DNA of 41,660 bases from an uncultured Candidatus Saccharibacteria bacterium (lineage in GTDB: Bacteria; Patescibacteriota; WWE3; UBA101185; UBA10185). Position numbers and translations under genes: made by a program. Numbering within the stretch: the first letter of the stretch is position 1; every line of letters starts with the position of its first letter. This document shows positions 15,058 to 21,785 of this stretch, piece by piece. The stretch is taken from positions 1 through 41,660 of the forward strand of contig CAZLZI010000001.1 of assembly GCA_964563965.1 (NCBI GenBank), written 5' to 3'. The notes beneath the pieces were generated by a model. It saw only the letters and a program-made list of their open reading frames with translations, did not search any database and was not told where the DNA came from.

Positions 15058-15492
15058 ATGGTGTCAGAAATGCACAAAGTTATAGTTAAGGGTTGGGTAG
15101 AAAAAGACGGAAAATATCTTCTTGCTAAAAGAGGGTCTACTGAAAAACATCATGCAGGAGTTTGGTCGTTGCCAGGAGGTAATATAGAGTCTGAAGTTGA
15201 GGAAGCAATACTCGAAAAATCTCTTCAAAGAGAAATAGAAGAAGAGGTTGGAATAAAAGTACACGACGAGATGGACATCATATACAACAACGGTTTTGTT
15301 AAAACTAGCGATGGATCTCATGTTATCAATATTACTTTTTTATGTAGATGGAAGTCGGGACAAGAAAAACCACTTGAAGATACTCAAGAATTGGTATGGT
15401 ATTCAATCAAAGAACTCGAGTCTCTCAATAACCTACCGGATTTTTTGGAAAGAGAGATTAGCCACCTCAGAAAACATTTGGAACGATATTAG
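15058..15492 (+). CDS. NUDIX hydrolase (start revised from 14959)
   Basis: Nudix box LPGGN...REIEEEVGI, with slightly non-canonical spacing. The ORF-track TTG start would read through repeat copy d. Confidence 0.8.
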   Translation: MVSEMHKVIVKGWVEKDGKYLLAKRGSTEKHHAGVWSLPGGNIESEVEEAILEKSLQREIEEEVGIKVHDEMDIIYNNGFVKTSDGSHVINITFLCRWKSGQEKPLEDTQELVWYSIKELESLNNLPDFLEREISHLRKHLERY

Positions 15493-15529
15493 TTCCAAAC
15501 CCTTCCACCTAGCGAGCCAAATAAACATT
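15492..15529 (+). repeat. cassette-boundary repeat, copy e
   Basis: GTTCCAAACCCTTCCACCTAGCGAGCCAAATAAACATT. Its first G is the last base of the NUDIX TAG stop. Confidence 0.85.
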
Positions 15530-15552
15530 CTAATCAAAGACGTTACACATCT

Positions 15553-16683
15553 CTAGCTGAACACAAAATCACTAAAATTTCCTGGGTGCACCACCATATA
15601 CTGAGAATTTTTGTATTCTTGCCAGCTTTGTGGAGCACGTCCTATACTTTTCTTCCATTTAAACTCATATCCATAAAGTTTTGTATCTCTGTCTTCTACT
15701 AGGTCAACCTCACTACTATCGTAAGTTCTCCAAAAATACTGCTTTGCATAAATTTTGTTGTATTCTCGATATTTCATTCTTTCAACCATTAGAAAGTTTT
15801 CCCAAAGTTGACCAACATCAGTTCTAAGACTAACGGGGTTAAAGTTGTCAATAATTGTGTTTCTGATACCTAAATCGAAAAAAAAGATTTTTTTGTTTTT
15901 ACTTACTTCTCTGCGTTTATTTGTTGAGTACGTTGATAATCGAAAAACTACAAAGGATTTTTCTAATAAATTAATATACCTTTCCACGGTTTTGTAATCT
16001 AATCCTAGTTGAGAACCAAGTTCCGAATACGAAACTTCTGAGCCAATCTGAAGTGCTATTAACTGCAAAAGTTTTCCTAAAACTTCTGGATTTCTTATGT
16101 CTTGAAATTCCAAAATATCCTTATATAAATAGCTCGTAGATAATTCTCGCAGCAGACGTATTTTATCTTCCGCGGCTACAGTTTTTACAACTTCAGGATA
16201 AAATCCAAAAATTAAATTACTTTCATAGCCTTTTAATAAAGCACTTTGATCCTCATAAATTTCCTGTAAGGACAATGGAAACATGTAATATGTGAATTTT
16301 CTACCTGTTAAAGGCTCGCTAGTAAAATCGAGTAAATTTATGCTGGATGAGCCGGTGGCAACTATCTGCTTTTTATCTTTGTAGTTATCCACTAACAATT
16401 TTATTACAAGCCCTATAGAAACCAAACGTTGCGCCTCGTCTATTAGTATTATGTCTGTGTTAGCAAACAGTCGGTCTAGATCTTCAAAGTTAACATTTGT
16501 AAGGCTGTCCAAATCTCCTGCATTATCCAAGTTTAGGTACTTAATGGTATATTTATTTGCCAAATTGGCCTGGACTTCTTGAATTAAGGTAGTCTTACCT
16601 ACCTGCCTAGCACCTACCAAAATAATGGCTTTTCCTTTAAAAAAGTCTTGTTGTATGGGTTGTTTAAGCTTTCTTGTTAACAT
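15553..16683 (-). CDS. AAA+ ATPase of the COG1373 type (AAA_14 + DUF4143-like)
   Basis: Walker A GARQVGKTT and Walker B IILIDEAQ. 376 aa with the typical architecture. Confidence 0.75.
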   Translation of the reverse strand: MLTRKLKQPIQQDFFKGKAIILVGARQVGKTTLIQEVQANLANKYTIKYLNLDNAGDLDSLTNVNFEDLDRLFANTDIILIDEAQRLVSIGLVIKLLVDNYKDKKQIVATGSSSINLLDFTSEPLTGRKFTYYMFPLSLQEIYEDQSALLKGYESNLIFGFYPEVVKTVAAEDKIRLLRELSTSYLYKDILEFQDIRNPEVLGKLLQLIALQIGSEVSYSELGSQLGLDYKTVERYINLLEKSFVVFRLSTYSTNKRREVSKNKKIFFFDLGIRNTIIDNFNPVSLRTDVGQLWENFLMVERMKYREYNKIYAKQYFWRTYDSSEVDLVEDRDTKLYGYEFKWKKSIGRAPQSWQEYKNSQYMVVHPGNFSDFVFS

Positions 16684-16689
16684 ACAGGT

Positions 16690-16695
16690 ATCATA
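16690..16695 (-). promoter_or_regulatory. -10 box, leaderless geometry
   Basis: TATGAT on the reverse strand, then 6 nt, then ATG 16683. Confidence 0.5.
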
Positions 16696-16747
16696 TACTA
16701 CAAATACGCGTAATTCAAGGATTATCTATCTGGACTCTGATTTAAGC

Positions 16748-16777
16748 GTTCCAAACTCATCCAATTGCGAGAGCCAA
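16748..16777 (+). repeat. cassette-boundary repeat, copy f
   Basis: GTTCCAAACTCATCCAATTGCGAGAGCCAA. It ends one base before the GNAT stop codon (16778-16780). Confidence 0.8.
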
Positions 16778-17266
16778 TTATTCTAGATGCTTTTCCATTA
16801 TCAATGTATGTTCACCTGCTTTTCTTACAAATTTAAATCCTAGATCTGTATACAGCTTTATAGCTGGGGTTTGGGCTCCCTTCACCCAAAGCTTCATCAC
16901 CTTAATTTTATTGGATTGCTTAACTTCATTGACTAGGAAATTCAATAGCGATTTACCTACTCCTAAACTTCTAAAGTTTTTACTAACATATGCCCCATGA
17001 ACTACAGCAACATAAGCAGGCTGGCTTTCCTCACCAAATGTTAAATTCATTACTCCAACAATTTCGTGCTCAATCTGAGCAAACGCAAAGAGGGAATTTT
17101 TGCTAGTAAGTTGTTCCTCCCAATACTTATCAGGGTATTTAGACACTTCTTCAAACTTTGAGTTAAAAGCTTGTGGTTCATCTTGTAACGACTCAAGTCT
17201 TATTTTCCTATATTTTTGCCAATCAGCTGGTATTAGTTGAATAATAGTGATGTGATTTTTTATCAT
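16778..17266 (-). CDS. GNAT-family N-acetyltransferase
   Basis: Motif A FRSLGVGKSLL. 162 aa. Confidence 0.85.
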   Translation of the reverse strand: MIKNHITIIQLIPADWQKYRKIRLESLQDEPQAFNSKFEEVSKYPDKYWEEQLTSKNSLFAFAQIEHEIVGVMNLTFGEESQPAYVAVVHGAYVSKNFRSLGVGKSLLNFLVNEVKQSNKIKVMKLWVKGAQTPAIKLYTDLGFKFVRKAGEHTLIMEKHLE

Positions 17267-17298
17267 TGACTAATTACAAAGCAAAACACCTTCTAACA

Positions 17299-18600
17299 TC
17301 ATTGCTCTTTTGCTACAGCGCTTAAAGTATTCAAAACTAACTCAGGTACATATAAAAACTGTGTCTTTTTGTAACCGTTTCTAATTAACGCATCTTTAAC
17401 ATTCTTTGATAACACTACTGGAATATAATCATCTATTTTTCTCGAAAGTGTCTGCTGTTCAGTTTGATCTTCAAAGATATCGTACCCTATGGTTAAGATT
17501 CCCTTCACTTTAGGATTATACTTATAACCCAGTGAAGCAAGCCTTTCATAAAATCTCTCTTTGTATTCTTTTATTCCATCTTTAGTCGCTCTAAAGACTA
17601 TCTTTCGTCCTTGCCCTATTTCAATAATCTTGTTAATTACTATGTCTGATGGATCTAGCAGAGTTACATTTTCGTATCTATCACTAATAGACTGAAGGGT
17701 GATAATGTCCTCACTCATTTCTATAACTGTAGTTTCATCTTCAGAATACACAGCACTTTTATGATACCTATCACCTATTATTACTATTCGTTTGGGAGTG
17801 ATTTGTATTTCTTTTTCAGCATTTCTAATATTTGTACAAATAATATCCAGTTTATGCGGGGATAAATCATAATCATTTTCCCCCGGCAAAAATATGGAAT
17901 TATCTTTTACAGGAAAGAAGATGTACTCTCCTGCGCTACCCCCATCGCATCTTTTAAGAACATCCTTGAGATCATCAAAGGATGTTGAAATATCATAATA
18001 GTTCCATATATAAGTATAATTTGGTTTGGCTTGGGAAACTGTTACTGCAGTATTAGGATTGTGATTAAGTACAAACTGCATCCCAATGTAATCACCTTTC
18101 CCAACAAAAACAAGAGAATGCCCTTTCTGCATTTTAAGGTTTAATGATCCTTGTTGAATGTTTTTAAGCAGTGTAGTTTGAGCAAACAAAACTTTTTCAA
18201 GCCAAGTTCTGTTTTCAATTTTATCTATTAAAGATTTTAACCCTACAATTCCAAATGAATAGAAAATGATATTAGGTAGATGATATAAAATATTTTGCTG
18301 ATCTACTGGTTCTCCGATAAGATCCCACAGGTAATTAATACCCAACAGAACTCTAGGTGTTAAATTACTCCACGAAGGAAGCTGTCGAACTAATTGGGCT
18401 ACCATCTCAGGGTAAATTGCAAACAACGCACCTACTAGCAAAGAACAAGGTATTGCAAGCCGCCTTAACCATGTAAGTATAGTTGAACTTTCATCGGGCT
18501 TTTGAAAAGTTAGTAAAGACGAGATCTCATCGGGAGTGATTTCTGTGTTTTTAGTAATCTTTTGGGCTGTAGCAACAAGGGTCTTTTTTACATGATTCAT
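17299..18600 (-). CDS. hypothetical membrane-associated protein (orphan)
   Basis: Long clean ORF with N-terminal hydrophobic segments. ATG 18600 is preferred over 18651 because a TATAAT box lies at 18616-18611. No motif recognised. Confidence 0.5.
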   Translation of the reverse strand: MNHVKKTLVATAQKITKNTEITPDEISSLLTFQKPDESSTILTWLRRLAIPCSLLVGALFAIYPEMVAQLVRQLPSWSNLTPRVLLGINYLWDLIGEPVDQQNILYHLPNIIFYSFGIVGLKSLIDKIENRTWLEKVLFAQTTLLKNIQQGSLNLKMQKGHSLVFVGKGDYIGMQFVLNHNPNTAVTVSQAKPNYTYIWNYYDISTSFDDLKDVLKRCDGGSAGEYIFFPVKDNSIFLPGENDYDLSPHKLDIICTNIRNAEKEIQITPKRIVIIGDRYHKSAVYSEDETTVIEMSEDIITLQSISDRYENVTLLDPSDIVINKIIEIGQGRKIVFRATKDGIKEYKERFYERLASLGYKYNPKVKGILTIGYDIFEDQTEQQTLSRKIDDYIPVVLSKNVKDALIRNGYKKTQFLYVPELVLNTLSAVAKEQ

Positions 18601-18743
18601 ATTTAGGTAGATTATACAGTAGCGTAAACTGCACACATAATTTAGAGGCATTTAGGTGCCCACTTCCTAGGTCGTTCATTTATTCCCTCTTAGGAAAAGC
18701 AGCTAAGGGGAGAAACGGTGAAGTTGGTATGGACTTCTAAATG

Positions 18744-19241
18744 TTAGAATATATTTAAAAGAAGTTTCTTAAAATTGATAAAGAACTGAGAAAACATATT
18801 ATTATCAACAATAGGTTGGGTTAATATCTCCACACTGTATAACCTTGTTTGGCTACCAAACTCATCCCCTGTTGAATTAACTAAGCCTTTAATTCTCATT
18901 CCCGTCTTTAAAACAAGAGGTTCGGTATCGTAATAGCTTACCCCATCACTCTCAATATATGATTTGTATCCTGCATCGCATTCAATAGTATCAAAATCTA
19001 CATCCTCATAGGTGTAAATGCTTGTAACTTGTAGGCTAATCTTTTTCACTCCGACTTTGTTGTTAATGGCTACTATTTCACCTTCAATACCACATACTGG
19101 GGCGGGAGGCATTGGCGATGCAAAGGTACTTTTTGCAATGGTCAGAAACATGCATAGGAAAGCAAGTGTACTTATGAGTTTACTTAGCATACTTAATGAA
19201 AGTGTATCATTTGGGAGCAAACGTAACCATTGGAATTTCAT
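18744..19241 (-). CDS. hypothetical secreted/anchored protein
   Basis: 165 aa with an N-terminal hydrophobic segment. Confidence 0.4.
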   Translation of the reverse strand: MKFQWLRLLPNDTLSLSMLSKLISTLAFLCMFLTIAKSTFASPMPPAPVCGIEGEIVAINNKVGVKKISLQVTSIYTYEDVDFDTIECDAGYKSYIESDGVSYYDTEPLVLKTGMRIKGLVNSTGDEFGSQTRLYSVEILTQPIVDNNMFSQFFINFKKLLLNIF

Positions 19242-19364
19242 TATAAGTAGGCACTACTGCAATCAAAAATATCTTAGTTAAGGTGTGCTAAATCTTGTAA
19301 ACTGTGCCGCCTGATACTGACACCACTTGTTATTGAAGAAGTTTTAACCTCCGATCTCAAATGA

Positions 19365-19370
19365 TACACT
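19365..19370 (+). promoter_or_regulatory. extended -10 box, leaderless geometry
   Basis: TGaTACACT, then 6 nt, then ATG 19377. Confidence 0.45.
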
Positions 19371-19376
19371 GATCTC

Positions 19377-19802
19377 ATGAGTCTAGATGAGTTTGACCAC
19401 CTACTGGTTAAAGATTACGTGAGCTGGAAAGTACAACTTTATAGTAACCAAGCATATCTAGGTAGGTGTGTAATTGTATACAAAGGGAATAAACAGGATT
19501 TAGCAGATACAACCCAACAGGAATTCTTAGAACTACATAAAGTTATTAATGACCTCAAGTCAGCTCTAGTCAAAGCGTTTTCACCTATAATGTTTAATTA
19601 CATCTGCAACGGCAATCAGGAACCTGTTCTACATGTACATCTATTCCCAAGGTATGCTCATCCGGTGATTTTTAATAATGTCGTATTTACTGACATGAAT
19701 TGGGAAAAGAATCCATATCCATATGATAGTGATTTTATAATTACTAACGAGCTTAAAAGCTTAATTATTAAAAATATAAAAGAAAAGCTACAGGTATTTT
19801 GA
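19377..19802 (+). CDS. HIT-family (histidine triad-like) protein
   Basis: VLHVHLFPRY matches the HxHxx-PR end of the HIT motif. The first His of the triad is absent. Confidence 0.6.
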   Translation: MSLDEFDHLLVKDYVSWKVQLYSNQAYLGRCVIVYKGNKQDLADTTQQEFLELHKVINDLKSALVKAFSPIMFNYICNGNQEPVLHVHLFPRYAHPVIFNNVVFTDMNWEKNPYPYDSDFIITNELKSLIIKNIKEKLQVF

Positions 19803-19887
19803 CCTTGCCCACTCAAAACACAGTTAATTACTAGTAATCAATCACATTAACAACAGAGGTGCTTTTATTTGCTGTATTAAGATATGG

Positions 19888-19893
19888 TATCAT
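19888..19893 (+). promoter_or_regulatory. extended -10 box, leaderless geometry
   Basis: TGgTATCAT, then 6 nt, then ATG 19900. Confidence 0.5.
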
Positions 19894-19899
19894 TGTTGT

Positions 19900-20394
19900 A
19901 TGAACGATAAACAAATCGAAGAAAAGGTCGAAAGTACTGAAGGTCCTACAAAATCCCAAAAACTTAGGGGAAACAGAAAGTTTAGGCTGTGGTTAATAGC
20001 AGGTCTTATGGCTGTTGTAGTTGTTCTTTTTGTCTTTTTTGAAAAACTTCGTATCTTTCTTGTTGTAGCATTTGTTGCACTTCTTGCAGCACTTGGGATG
20101 GAATTTTCACAAAACGACTGGGACTTGCAAAAGCTTCTGGAAACAAAATCATTCGAGCAGTCTAAAGTAAGTCGCGACGCAGGAGGTAATATTCTTTTTG
20201 ACAAACTAGGCAACATAACAACCGATAAAACGGCCGGGAAGAAAGCCGATGACTACAACTGTGCTGACTTCTCTACACAGCCAGAAGCGCAGCAGTTCTT
20301 CTTAAAAGTCGGCGGAGTTGGGAATGATGTTAACAGACTCGACGGCAATAAAGATGGAGAAGCGTGTGAAAGTTTACCAAAACGTACTAGGTAG
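19900..20394 (+). CDS. membrane-anchored protein with a C-terminal Excalibur calcium-binding domain
   Basis: YNCADFSTQPEAQQFF...NRLDGNKDGEACESL (the DxDxDGxxCE motif). TM helix near the N-terminus. Confidence 0.7.
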   Translation: MNDKQIEEKVESTEGPTKSQKLRGNRKFRLWLIAGLMAVVVVLFVFFEKLRIFLVVAFVALLAALGMEFSQNDWDLQKLLETKSFEQSKVSRDAGGNILFDKLGNITTDKTAGKKADDYNCADFSTQPEAQQFFLKVGGVGNDVNRLDGNKDGEACESLPKRTR

Positions 20395-20466
20395 TATAAA
20401 AACATATTAGACTAATATGTTAGATGTAATATTTTAATCCACTCCGCAATTAATAAAATTTAAGAG

Positions 20467-20472
20467 TATACT
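20467..20472 (+). promoter_or_regulatory. -10 box, leaderless geometry
   Basis: TATACT, then 6 nt, then ATG 20479. Confidence 0.45.
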
Positions 20473-20478
20473 GTCAGC

Positions 20479-20814
20479 ATGATAACACTAGAATACTTAC
20501 GTGACTTCAGAGTTGGTCCATTTACTATGTTTGATACTACACTTGCCTTTGTCGGTGTACTAATCGTATCCCCTATTTTGACTTGGCTTGTGGCTAAACT
20601 AAATTACAAAGTACCTCTTGTGTCTTGGTTGTGGTTTAGTGTTCCAGTATCTATTATCTTTCATGCTATTTTTCAGCAAGATACACCATTAATTAAAATA
20701 CTAACAGATCCTCATACATTAGCCTTCTATGTTGCTAGCATAGTGATAGTCTTCATGACCTATATGGGTACCATTAATGTAAGTAAATTACCTGATAGTG
20801 AAATAGCAAAATAA
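20479..20814 (+). CDS. small hypothetical membrane protein
   Basis: 111 aa with 3 hydrophobic helices. Confidence 0.4.
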   Translation: MITLEYLRDFRVGPFTMFDTTLAFVGVLIVSPILTWLVAKLNYKVPLVSWLWFSVPVSIIFHAIFQQDTPLIKILTDPHTLAFYVASIVIVFMTYMGTINVSKLPDSEIAK

Positions 20815-20817
20815 AGA

Positions 20818-21723
20818 TTATTTAAATATATCTACGAACACATGTGGTTCAATTTCCCACACAGGCGTATCAATATCTACACCCCACACACCTTCAATAT
20901 CAACTGCATTGAAATAGACAAATGCTTTAAGTAACGGATAGTTATCAAAATTCTTCTTAGCAGCAGTTAACCATTGAAATCGATACTCACTGGTACCAGT
21001 TACACCTACCTCACTAATATAAACTGGCTTATTATAGACTTTAACTCTAGTATACTTTTCATTGAAGATTTCATTAAACGATCTTTGATAACCATAGTTC
21101 ATCTTATCCCATTTGTCATAGCTATATACTGTCACACCAATGACGTCAACAAACTCAGCCCCGGGCCAATAATTTTCCAAGCCCTTATCTCCTGCGGGAG
21201 ACCAGATAAACTGGATAGTGTCTCCTGACTGTCTGCATAAATCGACAAAATACCTGTAGCTTTGTATAAAATCTGTGGCATTTTTATTAGCCCAAAAATA
21301 CCTAGAGCTTTTTAGCTCCATCTCATGCCCCCATCTGAGATAAACTGGGGACTTGTGTGAAGAAACGGTTTTGCAAAGTGCAGTGATCTTGGCATCGTAC
21401 TTTCCCTGTAGAATAGTCTTCAAATAATCTTTGTTATTTATGTCTTCGCGAACTGGCCATGGTTCTAAGCTTATAATAGGAGTTCTTCTAGACAAAAAAA
21501 TGGCATCCAAAGCACTTTCTACCTTAGAAGTGTCTACATTCCAATCAAAATACTCATTTTGTAACACAATTTCGGTAGTAGTATAAAAGCTGTTGCTAGG
21601 GTCATAAACACCAAGTTTAATACCCTTGTCCGTGTACACTCGTATATTATTCAATCCAATCATAACTACAGCATAACAAACGACACTCAATAACAATATT
21701 CTTTTTGCAATTTCTTTATTCAT
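20818..21723 (-). CDS. membrane-anchored glycoside hydrolase, GH26-like
   Basis: YLRWGHEMEL, WPGAEFVDVIGVTVY and YISEVGV resemble GH26 catalytic-region motifs. N-terminal TM helix. Confidence 0.55.
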   Translation of the reverse strand: MNKEIAKRILLLSVVCYAVVMIGLNNIRVYTDKGIKLGVYDPSNSFYTTTEIVLQNEYFDWNVDTSKVESALDAIFLSRRTPIISLEPWPVREDINNKDYLKTILQGKYDAKITALCKTVSSHKSPVYLRWGHEMELKSSRYFWANKNATDFIQSYRYFVDLCRQSGDTIQFIWSPAGDKGLENYWPGAEFVDVIGVTVYSYDKWDKMNYGYQRSFNEIFNEKYTRVKVYNKPVYISEVGVTGTSEYRFQWLTAAKKNFDNYPLLKAFVYFNAVDIEGVWGVDIDTPVWEIEPHVFVDIFK

Positions 21724-21785
21724 AACCTATAATATATAGTCGAAAGGCACCCTATAGTCTTTTATGGGTACACGAACCTAACTGC

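Noticed and set aside
13307-15556. Repeat read as a conserved peptide (VPNxxHxASQ) in ORFs 13307-13519, 15296-15556 and the N-terminal extension of 14959-15492
   Set aside because: The copies differ by 1-nt indels (copy e is one base shorter between GTTCCAAAC and GCGAGCC), so the frame is not preserved. The host ORFs are otherwise featureless. This is a DNA-level repeat, not a coding one.
12539-16777. Could the repeat array be a CRISPR array?
   Set aside because: The spacing is 500-1250 bp, with complete genes and promoters between copies. The copies are degenerate with indels, and there are no cas genes. This is not CRISPR-like.
12539-16777. Canonical integron attC sites
   Set aside because: I found no conserved inverted-repeat (R''-L''/L'-R') structure shared by the copies and no RYYYAAC/GTTRRRY cores. 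The only hairpins are copy-specific: ATTCCA/TGGAAT at 13453-13476 in copy b, and TTTGGAAC/GTTCCAAA at 15476-15499 in copy e. No intI lies in the window, and the cassettes carry their own promoters. The idea is kept only as an analogy; a CM scan should still be run.
18652-18743. Possible small SRP (4.5S) RNA: the string AGGAAAAGCAGCTAAGG resembles the domain IV 3' strand, and nested stems (TTTAG/CTAAA, ACTTC/GAAGT, CTTAG/CTAAG) are present
   Set aside because: There is no GNRA tetraloop closed by the expected helix. The 5' strand AGGTC lies 20 nt away with nothing opposite it, so the symmetric/asymmetric loop geometry of helix 8 cannot form. It is probably just an intergenic hairpin. A CM scan (Rfam RF00169) would settle it.
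19890-20216. 108-aa minus-strand ORF antisense to the Excalibur-domain gene
   Set aside because: The plus-strand ORF has a -10-N6-ATG start, a TM helix and a recognisable Excalibur domain. The antisense ORF is Ser/Arg/Thr-rich with no signals.
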